A DNA stretch of 32,000 nt, taken from positions 1,830,001 through 1,862,000 of the forward strand of contig NC_013202.1 in assembly GCF_000023965.1 (NCBI RefSeq), written 5' to 3'. Numbering within the stretch: position 1 is the stretch's first letter; each line of letters opens with the position of its first letter. Source of the stretch: Halomicrobium mukohataei DSM 12286. GTDB taxonomy: Archaea; Halobacteriota; Halobacteria; Halobacteriales; Haloarculaceae. The position numbers and the translations under genes are program-made. This document shows positions 1 through 9,032 of this stretch, piece after piece. The notes under the pieces were generated by a model. It did no database searches and had not been told where the DNA came from. It saw nothing but the letters and a program-made list of their open reading frames with translations.

Positions 1-572
1 GACTGCGCGCGGTCGCACAGAACCTCGCCTACGAGATTCCGCTGATCCTGACGGGGATGTCCGTGGCGCTTTTCGCCGGGACGCTCCGCCTGAGCGAGAT
101 CGTCGCGGCCCAGAGCACGACGCTGTTCAGCCTCGGCGGCCTCGCGATCCCGTCGTGGTACGCGTTCGTCAACCCCTTCGCGTTCGTGCTGTTCATGGTC
201 GCGAACCTCGCGGAGGTCGGACGGAACCCGTTCGACATTCCCGAAGCGCCGACCGAGATCGTCGCCGGGTGGCAGACCGAGTACTCCTCGGTGTACTTCG
301 TGCTCGCGTACCTCTCGGAGTTCATCCACATCTTCCTCGGCGGTGCGATCATCGCGACGATCTTCCTGGGCGGTCCGGCCGGCCCGGTGTTGCCGGGCAT
401 CGTCTGGTTCCTGATCAAGATCGTCGGGATCTACCTGTTCACTCAGTGGGCGCGTTCCGCGATCCCACGGGTCCGGATCGACCAGCTCATCGAGATCGGC
501 TGGAAGGGCCTGCTCGTGCTGGCCTTCGCGAACCTGCTCCTGACGGCCGGGATCGTCGGGGTGATCGCCTGA
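1..572 (+). CDS. nuoH: NADH-quinone oxidoreductase (complex I-like) subunit H, C-terminal part; gene starts upstream of the window
   Basis: Frame is open from base 3 (LRAVAQNLAYEIPLILTGMSVALFAG...). Hydrophobic polytopic protein with a NuoH/ND1-like C-terminus. Heads a tightly packed nuoH-I-J-K-L-M-N series. Confidence 0.9.
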   Translation, partial: LRAVAQNLAYEIPLILTGMSVALFAGTLRLSEIVAAQSTTLFSLGGLAIPSWYAFVNPFAFVLFMVANLAEVGRNPFDIPEAPTEIVAGWQTEYSSVYFVLAYLSEFIHIFLGGAIIATIFLGGPAGPVLPGIVWFLIKIVGIYLFTQWARSAIPRVRIDQLIEIGWKGLLVLAFANLLLTAGIVGVIA

Positions 573-606
573 TGAACGCGACGACCACAACCCGAGGTGA
601 CCTGCT

Positions 607-1068
607 ATGATCGGAATCCTGAAATCGATGGCAACGACGATGAAGCACGCGCTGGACGGCGAGACCTTCACGGTCTCGTATCCCGAAGAGGTACCCGAAG
701 TGAGCCCGCGTTTCCGCGGTGTCCACAAGTTCAGCCAGGAGCGGTGTATCTGGTGTCGCCAGTGCGAGAACGTCTGTCCGAACAACACGATCCAGATCGT
801 CACCGACGACCAGCGCAACGGCGAGCAGTACAACCTCCACATCGGCCAGTGTATCTACTGTCGACTCTGCGAGGAGGTCTGTCCGGTCGACGCCATCCTG
901 CTGACCCAGAACTTCGAGTTCACGGCCGACACCAAAGACGAGTTCGCCTACAACAAAGAACAGCTGAAGAACGTCCCGTGGTACAAGGACATCGACCCGC
1001 TGCAGTCGCGTGAACCCGACCGCGGCGCGTGGATCGGCGAGGGCGACGGCGAAGTCGACTATCAGTAA
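607..1068 (+). CDS. nuoI: NADH-quinone oxidoreductase subunit I (2x[4Fe-4S] ferredoxin type)
   Basis: ATG at 607. Two CxxCxxCxxxCP motifs (CIWCRQCENVCP, CIYCRLCEEVCP). Sits directly after nuoH. Confidence 0.92.
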   Translation: MIGILKSMATTMKHALDGETFTVSYPEEVPEVSPRFRGVHKFSQERCIWCRQCENVCPNNTIQIVTDDQRNGEQYNLHIGQCIYCRLCEEVCPVDAILLTQNFEFTADTKDEFAYNKEQLKNVPWYKDIDPLQSREPDRGAWIGEGDGEVDYQ

Positions 1069-1078
1069 ACAGTCGTCT

Positions 1079-1133
1079 CCGGCGACCGCGTCGCCGGTTC
1101 ACTCGCTCACGCGAACGCTCGCCGGCTCTTTTT
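1079..1133 (+). terminator. GC hairpin CCGGCGAC-cgc-GTCGCCGG (1079-1097) plus T5 run (1129-1133) downstream of nuoI
   Basis: Perfect 8-bp stem with a 3-nt loop, 11 nt after the nuoI stop, and an oligo-T tract a little further on. Archaeal terminators are oligo-T based. Function not proven. Confidence 0.3.
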
Positions 1134-1394
1134 CATACTGCCAGAGAACCCCTTCGAGAGCGACGCGGCCGAACGCGACTCGTGGCGACTCCGTCACTGG
1201 TGCTCGTCGCGCGCGCTGCGCACCGGCCGCGGATTCGGAGAGCCTGGTCGCCGGGCCAGACCACCATTCTGTGGGGCTTTCCCCCTCACTCGGCAACATT
1301 CTCCGGCAATTGCTGTCAGCGAGTGCCAAACCGGCCGTGTTCTGACGAACGGAAAGAGGAATCTTCAAAAGCGCGCCGGCAAGACTGTGCAACA

Positions 1395-1667
1395 ATGATG
1401 GGACTGTACGAGACAATAGCGTTCGTGCTGTTCGCGGTGGTTACCATTGCGAGCAGCTGGGGCGTCGTGCTCGTCCGCGACGTCTGGCACTCGGCGCTGT
1501 TACTGGGCGTGGCGTTACTGAGCGTCGCGGTCCACTACCTCATGCTCAGGGCCGAGTTCGTCGCCGCGATGCAGATCCTCGTCTACGTCGGCGGGGTTCT
1601 GATCCTGATCACGTTCGCGGTGATGCTCACGCGCAAAGACGAGAGCGTCGTCGAGGTGGGGGCATGA
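1395..1667 (+). CDS. nuoJ1: NADH-quinone oxidoreductase subunit J, N-terminal half (split nuoJ as in haloarchaea)
   Basis: ATG at 1395 inside the 1029..1667 ORF, whose upstream part is Arg-rich junk. Protein MMGLYETIAFVLFAVVTIASSWGVVLVRD... is a typical NuoJ N-terminus with 3 TM segments. ATGA overlap with the next gene. Confidence 0.85.
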   Translation: MMGLYETIAFVLFAVVTIASSWGVVLVRDVWHSALLLGVALLSVAVHYLMLRAEFVAAMQILVYVGGVLILITFAVMLTRKDESVVEVGA

Positions 1668-1987
1668 GTCGTCCGCAGCTCCACACCGGAACTTCCCTGT
1701 GGCCCGGGCTGGCGGCGGTCGCGCTCTTTGGCGTTCTCGCGGCCGCGTTCCTCGGGGCGTCGCTGCCGGAGCCCGCCGGCTTCGGGGCCGACGCACAGAT
1801 CGTCAAGAGCATCGGGGCGGCGATGTTCAACATCGACCCGACGGCGATCATGGACGAGGGTGCGGTCCCGAGTGAGGGCTTCCTCGCGTTGTTCCTCATC
1901 ATCGCCGTGGTGCTCGACGCGGCACTCGACGGCGCGCTGATGCTCGCCGAACGCGACGAGGACCACTCCGGTGGTGAGAGCCGATGA
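1664..1987 (+). CDS. nuoJ2: NADH-quinone oxidoreductase subunit J, C-terminal half
   Basis: ATG at 1664 overlaps the nuoJ1 stop (ATGA). Membrane protein lying between nuoJ1 and nuoK. Its stop overlaps the nuoK start (ATGA). Confidence 0.75.
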   Translation: MSRPQLHTGTSLWPGLAAVALFGVLAAAFLGASLPEPAGFGADAQIVKSIGAAMFNIDPTAIMDEGAVPSEGFLALFLIIAVVLDAALDGALMLAERDEDHSGGESR

Positions 1988-2286
1988 TCCCCACGCAGTA
2001 CTATTTGTTGCTCTCGGCCGCGGTCTTCTGTATCGGGATCTTCGGCGTCCTCACCCGCCGGAACGCGCTCATCTTCCTGATGTCCGTCGAGTTGATCCTC
2101 AACGCCGCCAACATCAACCTCGTGGCGTTCTCGTTTCAGTACGGGAACCTCTCGGGGCAGGTCTTTGCCCTCTTCGCGATGGGGCTGGCGGCCGCGGAGG
2201 TCGCCGTCGGGCTCGGGATCGTCCTCGTACTGTACCGCAACTTCTCGGACATCGACGTGACCGAGGCGACGACAATGAGGTGGTAA
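1984..2286 (+). CDS. nuoK: NADH-quinone oxidoreductase subunit K
   Basis: 100 aa with 3 TM segments. NuoK-like sequence (LLLSAAVFCIGIFGVLTRRNALIFLMSVELILNAANINLVAF). Confidence 0.92.
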   Translation: MIPTQYYLLLSAAVFCIGIFGVLTRRNALIFLMSVELILNAANINLVAFSFQYGNLSGQVFALFAMGLAAAEVAVGLGIVLVLYRNFSDIDVTEATTMRW

Positions 2287-2287
2287 C

Positions 2288-4363
2288 ATGACTGCATTCG
2301 ACTACGCACCCGCGATCGCGTTGCTTCCGTTCGTATCGTTCCTCGTCGCGCTGTTCGGCGGGCAGTACCTCCCGAAGAAGGGGGCCCTGGCCGGGATCGC
2401 AGCCACGGCCGGTTCGCTCGTGCTGTCGGCGTGGGTCGCGCTGACCGTCGCCGGGGGCCAGACGTACAACGAGGCGCTGTACACCTTCACTGCTGGGCTG
2501 GAGACGTTCGAACTGCACCTGGGGATCCTCATCGATCCGCTGACGGCGCTGATGCTGTTGATCGTCTCCTTTATCGCCCTGCTCGTCCACGTCTTTTCGC
2601 TTGGCTACATGAACGACGAGGGCGAGACGGGCCTACCCCGCTACTACGCCGGGCTGGGGCTGTTCACCGCGAGCATGCTCGGGTTCGTCTACGCCGACAA
2701 CATCCTGATGGCGTTCATGTTCTTCGAGCTGGTCGGGCTCTGTTCGTACCTCCTGATCGGCTTCAACTTCCGGGAAGCAGGCCCGCCGAGCGCCGCCAAG
2801 AAGGCGTTTCTGGTCACTCGCTTCGGTGACTACTTCTTCCTGATCGGCGTCGTCGGCATCTTCGTCACCTTCGCGGGCGCGACCCAGACGCCGGGCCTGT
2901 TCGCCGGTGAGGGCTCGTTCCCCGTCGTCGCGGAACACGCGATCGTCGACGGCGCGACCGAGGGGCTGAACACCTTCGGCTTCGAGCCCCAGACCTGGTT
3001 CACGATCCTCGGACTGCTCGTGCTCGGCGGCGTGATGGGCAAGTCGGCCCAGTTCCCGCTGCACACGTGGCTGCCCGACGCGATGGAAGGCCCGACGCCG
3101 GTCTCGGCGCTGATCCACGCGGCGACGATGGTCGCGGCCGGTGTCTACCTCGTCGCGCGGATGTACGGTTTCTACGCCCTGACGCCGACGACGCTCGCGG
3201 TGATCGCGCTCGTCGGCGGCTTCACGGCCCTGTTCGCGGCGACGATGGGCGTCGTCAAGCAGGAACTCAAGCAGGTGCTGGCGTACTCGACGATCTCGCA
3301 GTACGGATACATGATGCTCGCGCTGGGGTCGGGTGGCTACATCGCCGCCGTCTTCCACCTGACCACCCACGCGGTGTTCAAGGCGCTCCTCTTCCTCGGT
3401 GCCGGTGCGGTGATCATCGCGATGCACCACGAGGAGAACATGTGGGAGATGGGCGGTCTCAAGGACAAGATGCCCGTCACCTACTACACGTTCCTCGCGG
3501 GCTCGCTCGCGCTGGCGGGCATCGTTCCGTTCGCGGGCTTCTGGTCGAAAGACGAGGTGCTGTACGAGGCCCTGATCCACGGGTTCGGGACCGAGGGCGG
3601 TCTCGGTATCGTGTTCCTCGTCGCGTACGCGATGGGACTGCTGGCCGTCTTCTTCACCGGCTTCTACACCTTCCGGATGGTCTACCTGACCTTCCACGGC
3701 GAGGCCAGGACCGAGACGGCGCGCAAGCCCCACGGCGTTCGCTGGAACGTCAAGGGGCCGCTGACGGTGCTGGGCATCCTCGCGACGACGATCGGCTTCG
3801 TCAACCTCGCCCCGGTCAAGAAGCTCACCGGCCTCGAGGTCGACTTCCTTCACAAGTGGCTGCTCGGTTCGGAAGGGTCCGGCTGGGAAGCACTGCTAAC
3901 CGGCTACGAGCACTACGAACACGTACTCCACGACGGGCCGGCACACGTGGTCGTGGGCGAACCACTCGGTGCGACGGGGACGCTGATCGCTTCCGCACTG
4001 ATCTCGCTGGGGCTCGCGGTCGCTGGTGTCCTCGCCGCGCGCTCGCTGTACAAGGTGCCCGAACCGGTCGAACACACGGACAAACTCGGATCGATCAAGA
4101 CGCTGCTCATGCACAACTACTACCAGGACGAGTATCAGGTCTGGCTCGCGACGGGGTTCACCTACCCGCTCTCACGGGCCGCAGACAAGTTCGATCAGGG
4201 CGTGATCGACGGCGTTGTCAACGGAATTAGCAGCGTCAGTCTGTTCTCGGGCAGCCGCGTTCGCCGCCTCCAGACTGGCGTCGTCACCAACTACGCGCTG
4301 TTCATCACGATCGCACTGGTCGTATTACTGGTCGTCTTCGGCCTCACTGGGGGGTGGTTCTAG
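2288..4363 (+). CDS. nuoL: NADH-quinone oxidoreductase subunit L (Mrp antiporter-like)
   Basis: 691-aa polytopic protein with the conserved antiporter-like core (GKSAQFPLHTWLPDAMEGPTPVSALIHAATMV). Sits after nuoK. Confidence 0.93.
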   Translation: MTAFDYAPAIALLPFVSFLVALFGGQYLPKKGALAGIAATAGSLVLSAWVALTVAGGQTYNEALYTFTAGLETFELHLGILIDPLTALMLLIVSFIALLVHVFSLGYMNDEGETGLPRYYAGLGLFTASMLGFVYADNILMAFMFFELVGLCSYLLIGFNFREAGPPSAAKKAFLVTRFGDYFFLIGVVGIFVTFAGATQTPGLFAGEGSFPVVAEHAIVDGATEGLNTFGFEPQTWFTILGLLVLGGVMGKSAQFPLHTWLPDAMEGPTPVSALIHAATMVAAGVYLVARMYGFYALTPTTLAVIALVGGFTALFAATMGVVKQELKQVLAYSTISQYGYMMLALGSGGYIAAVFHLTTHAVFKALLFLGAGAVIIAMHHEENMWEMGGLKDKMPVTYYTFLAGSLALAGIVPFAGFWSKDEVLYEALIHGFGTEGGLGIVFLVAYAMGLLAVFFTGFYTFRMVYLTFHGEARTETARKPHGVRWNVKGPLTVLGILATTIGFVNLAPVKKLTGLEVDFLHKWLLGSEGSGWEALLTGYEHYEHVLHDGPAHVVVGEPLGATGTLIASALISLGLAVAGVLAARSLYKVPEPVEHTDKLGSIKTLLMHNYYQDEYQVWLATGFTYPLSRAADKFDQGVIDGVVNGISSVSLFSGSRVRRLQTGVVTNYALFITIALVVLLVVFGLTGGWF

Positions 4364-5932
4364 ATGGTCGCCGTCGCCGCACTACTTGCCGTCACGCTAC
4401 TCGGTGCCATCGCGACCTTCCTGGTCGACGACCGCTACGCGGCGAAGTTCGCGACCGCTGTGAGCACGATCCCGCTCGTCGGCTCGGTGTGGATGTACTA
4501 CGTCTACCTCACCGAGTACCAGGGCGTCGGGAACGCCTTGCTCTCGCCCGACACGGTCGCTTTCAGACAGACGATCGACTGGATCGAGCTGGGCGGTTAC
4601 ACGATCCAGTACTCCGTCGGACTGGACGGCGTGAGCATGCCGCTGCTGGCGCTGACCGGCATCCTGACGACGCTCGCACTCGTGAGTTCCTGGACGCCGA
4701 TCGACGAACGTCAGTCGCAGTTCTACGGACTGATGCTCCTGATGGAGGTCAGTCTCATCGGCGTCTTCTCGGCGCTGGACTTCTTCTTCTGGTTCGTCTT
4801 CTGGGAGGGCGTCCTCATCCCGATGTACCTGCTGATCGGGGTCTGGGGCGGCCCGCGCCGGAAGTACGCCGCGATCAAGTTCTTCGTCTACACGAACGTG
4901 GCCTCGCTGGTCATGTTCGTGGGCTTTTTCGCGCTGGTGTTCTCGCTGGGCGACTCCATCGCGACGCTCGGCCTGCCGGAGATCACGCAGGCCCTCGTCG
5001 CCGGTGAGATGGGGTCGCTCGCCGGTATCGCCGTCGCCGACCTGAAGCTGCTGGCGTTCGTCCTGATGTTCGTCGGCTTCGCGGTGAAGGTGCCGGTCTT
5101 CCCGCTGCACACGTGGCTGCCAGACGCTCACGTCGAGGCTCCGACGCCGGTGTCGGTGATGCTGGCCGGCGTCCTCCTGAAGATGGGGACCTACGCGCTC
5201 TTGCGGTTCAACTTCACCATGCTGTCGGACGTGGCGACGGGTTCGGTCCTCGCGATCATGCCGGTCGCGATCGCGGTGATCGGCGTGTTCAGCGTCATCT
5301 ACGGCGCGTTGCTCGCACTCGCACAGCGCGACCTCAAGCGCATCGTCGCGTACTCCTCGATCTCGTCGATGGGATACGTCATCCTCGGGCTGGTCGCGTT
5401 CACGCCACACGGCATGGGCGGGGCGACCTTCCAGATGATCTCCCACGGCCTGATTTCCGGGCTGATGTTCATGGCCGTCGGCGTCATCTACAACGAGACG
5501 CACACGCGCATGGTCGGCGATATGTCCGGCCTGGCGGATCGGATGCCCTGGACGGTCGGCATCTTCGTCTCGGCGGCCTTCGGGTATATGGGGCTGCCCC
5601 TGATGAGCGGGTTCGCCGCCGAAGTGTTCATCTTCCTGGGCTCGTTCGGTGCGACCGACACGCTGGGAACGCTCGCGCCGGTGCTGACTTCGATCGCGAT
5701 GTTCGGCATCGTCATCGTCGCCGGCTACCTCCTGTGGGCGATGCAGCGGACCCTCTTCGGTGGCTACGAGCTCGAAACCGACTACGAGCTCGACGGTGCG
5801 GCGTTCCACGACGTGGCTCCGCTGGCAGTCCTGCTCTTGCTGGTCATCCTGCTCGGGGTCGCGCCCGACCTCTCGTACGGGATGATCCAGGAAGCGGTTA
5901 ATCCGATCCTCGACATCGGAGGTGGTGTCTAA
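4364..5932 (+). CDS. nuoM: NADH-quinone oxidoreductase subunit M
   Basis: 522 aa with an antiporter-like core (VKVPVFPLHTWLPDAHVEAPTPVSVMLAGVLLKMG). Starts 1 nt after the nuoL stop. Confidence 0.93.
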   Translation: MVAVAALLAVTLLGAIATFLVDDRYAAKFATAVSTIPLVGSVWMYYVYLTEYQGVGNALLSPDTVAFRQTIDWIELGGYTIQYSVGLDGVSMPLLALTGILTTLALVSSWTPIDERQSQFYGLMLLMEVSLIGVFSALDFFFWFVFWEGVLIPMYLLIGVWGGPRRKYAAIKFFVYTNVASLVMFVGFFALVFSLGDSIATLGLPEITQALVAGEMGSLAGIAVADLKLLAFVLMFVGFAVKVPVFPLHTWLPDAHVEAPTPVSVMLAGVLLKMGTYALLRFNFTMLSDVATGSVLAIMPVAIAVIGVFSVIYGALLALAQRDLKRIVAYSSISSMGYVILGLVAFTPHGMGGATFQMISHGLISGLMFMAVGVIYNETHTRMVGDMSGLADRMPWTVGIFVSAAFGYMGLPLMSGFAAEVFIFLGSFGATDTLGTLAPVLTSIAMFGIVIVAGYLLWAMQRTLFGGYELETDYELDGAAFHDVAPLAVLLLLVILLGVAPDLSYGMIQEAVNPILDIGGGV

Positions 5933-7422
5933 TGGTACAACTTCCAACGTGGACGGCCCTCAGCCCGACGCTCCTGCTCGGTCTGACGGCTATCGTCCTC
6001 CTGCTCGTCGATAGCATCGATCCGGACTCCTCGAACAACGAACTGCTGGCCGGCGTCGCGGGGCTCGGCTCGATCGCCGCCGCGGCGACGAGCGTCTGGT
6101 TCATCGTCGCCGGGACGGGGCTGCCGGCCGAGAACGGCGAACTGATCTCCCTGTTCGACGACCAGCTCGTCGTCGACCAGATGGCGCTGTTCTTCTCGTT
6201 CCTGGTCGCCAGCGTCCTCACGCTGGTGGTCGTCGCCAGCTACGACTACATGGCGGACAAGGCCCGACAGGCAAAATACTACTCCCTGACGGTGATGGCT
6301 GCGACGGGGATGAGCCTGCTGGGCAGCGCCAACGGCCTCGCGGTCGCGTTCGTCGCCCTCGAACTGGCCTCCCTGCCGTCGTACGCGCTCGTGGCGATCC
6401 TCAAGACGAACAAGGGGAGCGTCGAGGCCGCACTGAAGTACTTCCTCGTCGGTGCGCTCTCATCGGGCGTGTTCCTGTACGGCATCTCGCTGGTGTACGG
6501 TGCGACCGGCTCGCTCCAGTTCGACGCCGTCGCAGCGGCACTGACCGACGGCGTGCCCGCGGGCATCCTCGGCATCGGCGTCCTGATGATCGTCGGCGGC
6601 GTCGCGTTCAAGACCGCGAGCGTCCCCTTCCACTTCTGGGCACCGGAAGCCTACGAGGGCGCGCCGGCACCGATCTCGGCGTTCCTCTCTTCGGCCTCCA
6701 AGGCCGCGGGCTTCGTGCTCGCGTTCCGCGTGTTCGCTACCGCACTCATGGGCGATGCGGTCCTCGCGGTCGTCGACTGGGTGCTGGTCTTCCAGGTGCT
6801 GGCGATCGTGACGATGTTCGTCGGCAACTTCGCGGCCGCGACCCAGGAGAACGTCAAGCGGATGCTGGCCTACTCCAGCGTCGGACACGCCGGCTACGTC
6901 CTGATCGGACTGGCGGCACTGACCGGCGGCAGCAGTGACGCCTACGTGCTCGGGTCGGGGATGATGCATCTGCTCGTCTACGGCTTCATGAACACGGGCG
7001 CGTTCCTGTTCATCGCGCTGGTCGAGTACTGGGACATCGGTCGCACCTTCGAGGACTACAACGGGCTCGCGACCCAAGCGCCCCTGGCCTGTGCGGCCAT
7101 GACGGTGTTCCTGTTCAGTCTCGCCGGCCTCCCCATCGGCGGGGGCTTCTTCTCGAAGTTCAACCTACTGATGGCGACCGTCCGTTCGGGGACGTGGTTC
7201 CTCGGCGCGGCACTGATCGTCAACAGCGCACTGAGCCTCTACTACTACACGCGGGTCGTCAAGGCCATGTGGATCGAAGAGCCCGCCAGCGGCCTGGAGA
7301 TCGAGCGGTACCCGATCGGGCTGTACACCGCGGTGCTCGTGGCCGCGCTCGTGACGGTCCTGCTCTTGCCGGGCTTCGACGCGGTGTCTCAGACCGCAGA
7401 AACAGCTGCGAGCCTGCTCTAA
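5932..7422 (+). CDS. nuoN: NADH-quinone oxidoreductase subunit N
   Basis: 496 aa with an antiporter-like core (FKTASVPFHFWAPEAYEGAPAPISAFLSSASKAAGF). TAATG overlap with nuoM. Confidence 0.92.
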   Translation: MVQLPTWTALSPTLLLGLTAIVLLLVDSIDPDSSNNELLAGVAGLGSIAAAATSVWFIVAGTGLPAENGELISLFDDQLVVDQMALFFSFLVASVLTLVVVASYDYMADKARQAKYYSLTVMAATGMSLLGSANGLAVAFVALELASLPSYALVAILKTNKGSVEAALKYFLVGALSSGVFLYGISLVYGATGSLQFDAVAAALTDGVPAGILGIGVLMIVGGVAFKTASVPFHFWAPEAYEGAPAPISAFLSSASKAAGFVLAFRVFATALMGDAVLAVVDWVLVFQVLAIVTMFVGNFAAATQENVKRMLAYSSVGHAGYVLIGLAALTGGSSDAYVLGSGMMHLLVYGFMNTGAFLFIALVEYWDIGRTFEDYNGLATQAPLACAAMTVFLFSLAGLPIGGGFFSKFNLLMATVRSGTWFLGAALIVNSALSLYYYTRVVKAMWIEEPASGLEIERYPIGLYTAVLVAALVTVLLLPGFDAVSQTAETAASLL

Positions 7423-8366
7423 GCGCGCTCGTAGAGGACGACGCCGCCGCTCTCTTCTCGCTCGACGCGACCTCGTTGTTCCAGCACGTCCAGGTGGCCG
7501 ACAGCCTCGCTCATGCCCGAGAACTGCTCGGTCACGGGGAGGTCACCGAAGAGTCCCTCCATCACGCTGACCGGCGTCGTGGGGCTATCCAGTAGCGTCT
7601 CGACATCGTCGGTGCGGTCCTCGTGTTCGGCTCTGATGGCCTCGATGCGTGCGCTTGGCTCCTCGATGTCCGTTCTGTGGCCCGGCAGGAATCGATCGTA
7701 CCCCGCCGTCGCGAGCCGGTCGAGCGAGTCGTTGTACCGCGGCAGCACCCGCGGCCGCGCCTCGCCGTCGTCGGCCGGCGGCTGGAGGAAAGGGTTCGGC
7801 GTGATGTCGGCCAGCACGTTGTCGCCGACGATCGCCCGGCGTTCGCCGTCGGCCTCGAACGCGAAGAGGACCTCGCCGACGGAGTGGCCGACGAGATCGT
7901 CGACCGCGACGAGGCTGTCGTCGACGGTGACCTCGTCGCCGGCAGCGACCGACCGATCGACCGTGACGCTGGACGCGTAGTTGAGGAACGCCTCGGGCAG
8001 CTGTGTGACGGTCTCGGCGGTCTCGGCCGCCATACCACAGCGCTCGAAGAAGTCCACGAAGTACGCCTGCTCGTGATCGAGTCGTCCCGCGAAGTCTTCG
8101 AGGATCGGCGTCGCGGGCTCGCTGGCGACGATTCGGGCACCCCGTTCGCCAAAGCGGTGAGCCAGCCCGAAGTGGTCCGGGTGGGGGTGGGTGATCAACA
8201 CTTGCTCGATATCGTCGGGCGCGAGCGACCGCGCTTCCAGGGCCGTCAGCAGCTCCGACCACGCTTCCTCGCTGTCGGGGCCGGGATCGACGATCGTCCG
8301 ACCGGCGAGGTAGCTGTTGACTGGGCCGACCTGAAACGGCGTCGGAAGTGACACACGGCGAAACAT
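7419..8366 (-). CDS. MBL-fold metallo-hydrolase
   Basis: 315 aa with an HxHxDH motif (VLITHPHPDHFGLA) and an N-terminus typical of the family (SLPTPFQVGPVNSYL). Acidic composition. Confidence 0.8.
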   Translation of the reverse strand: MFRRVSLPTPFQVGPVNSYLAGRTIVDPGPDSEEAWSELLTALEARSLAPDDIEQVLITHPHPDHFGLAHRFGERGARIVASEPATPILEDFAGRLDHEQAYFVDFFERCGMAAETAETVTQLPEAFLNYASSVTVDRSVAAGDEVTVDDSLVAVDDLVGHSVGEVLFAFEADGERRAIVGDNVLADITPNPFLQPPADDGEARPRVLPRYNDSLDRLATAGYDRFLPGHRTDIEEPSARIEAIRAEHEDRTDDVETLLDSPTTPVSVMEGLFGDLPVTEQFSGMSEAVGHLDVLEQRGRVEREESGGVVLYERA

Positions 8367-8455
8367 ACCACCCGTACTCGCTCACGCTGGAAAACAGTTC
8401 TCTCAACGCCAGTCGCGCCACAAACGATTTATTCGTCCTCTGCCGAAGGTCAGAT

Positions 8456-8584
8456 ATGGACAGGCACGTCGAAGACACACGGTACTACCGCAAACGCGCG
8501 GGTACGACGGCGAAGAAAGGCGTCACAGCCGAACTCGAAGCGGCGCGCGAGCGGATCGGGTCCTATCGCCGGACAGAGGCCTGA
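8456..8584 (+). CDS. small basic protein (42 aa), function unknown
   Basis: ATG at 8456 is preceded by a TATA-like box (cgatttattcg, 8424-8434) at leaderless spacing. Protein is MDRHVEDTRYYRKRAGTTAKKGVTAELEAARERIGSYRRTEA. Coding status uncertain because of the short length. Confidence 0.4.
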   Translation: MDRHVEDTRYYRKRAGTTAKKGVTAELEAARERIGSYRRTEA

Positions 8585-8632
8585 TCGGGAAGACAATTCT
8601 TAAGTCGACTCCTCGAATAGCAACAGGTGTCC

Positions 8633-8706
8633 GGGTTGGTGATCTAGTCGGTTATGATACCTCCTTCACACGGAGGAAGTCGGCGGTTCGAATCCGCCCC
8701 AACCCA
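8633..8706 (+). tRNA. tRNA-Val (anticodon CAC)
   Basis: Cloverleaf folded by hand. Acceptor GGGTTGG/CCAACCC, anticodon stem CCTCC/GGAGG with loop TTCACAC, T arm GGCGG-TTCGAAT-CCGCC, discriminator A. No encoded CCA. T5 run immediately downstream. Confidence 0.9.
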
Positions 8707-8757
8707 TTTTTGACGACACCACACCGCGAGCGCAGCGAGCGGTCCATGTCGTCAAAA
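8707..8757 (+). terminator. T5 run followed by an 11-bp inverted repeat (TTTTGACGACA ... TGTCGTCAAAA) with a 28-nt loop
   Basis: Seen directly. The oligo-T abuts the tRNA 3' end. The loop contains GCGAGCGCAGCGAGCG, related to a motif in the downstream repeats. Confidence 0.4.
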
Positions 8758-8773
8758 CTGTTGACAAGGATTC

Positions 8774-8974
8774 GAACCCTATCAGTCGCGCGCAGCGAAG
8801 CGAGCACGTCTGATTCCGGTTCGAATCCGCCCCAACCCACTTCTGGGACGAACGGACGTGAGAAACGGAGTGAGAACGCTGATGAGAACCCTATCAGTCG
8901 CGCGCAGCGAAGCGAGCACGTCTGATTCCGGTTCGAATCCGTCCCAACCTACTTCTGGGACGAACGGACGTGAG
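8774..8974 (+). repeat. Tandem duplication (two 89-nt units, 8774-8862 and 8886-8974, period 112 nt, 87/89 identical), each carrying a copy of the 3' 22 nt of tRNA-Val
   Basis: GGTTCGAATCCGCCCCAACCCA (tRNA 8685-8706) recurs exactly at 8818-8839 and with 2 mismatches at 8930-8951. The flanks on both sides of the core are also duplicated. Confidence 0.85.
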
Positions 8975-9032
8975 GAGCGAACGCGTTCGAGACACGTTGC
9001 CACCGGTGCGACGATCCATCAGATGCCGAGCT

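Noticed and set aside
1099-1416. 105-aa minus-strand ORF in the nuoI-nuoJ1 gap
   Set aside because: It has weak GC3 bias, a non-acidic composition and no motif, and it overlaps the nuoJ1 start. It is more likely non-coding.
2633-5947. Long minus-strand ORFs (2633..3853, 4397..5947) and out-of-frame plus-strand ORFs inside nuoL and nuoM
   Set aside because: Arg/Asp/His-rich products are incompatible with haloarchaeal proteins. The annotated frames encode canonical antiporter-like subunits.
8818-8951. tRNA-like fragments as additional tRNA genes or split-tRNA halves
   Set aside because: Only the T-loop, the 3' T-stem and the 3' acceptor strand are present. The preceding bases cannot form the 5' T-stem strand, and there are no D or anticodon arms.
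8774-8974. Possible CRISPR array
   Set aside because: There are only two units. The repeat (89 nt) is far longer than the spacer (23 nt), and it contains tRNA-derived sequence. No cas genes are present in the window.
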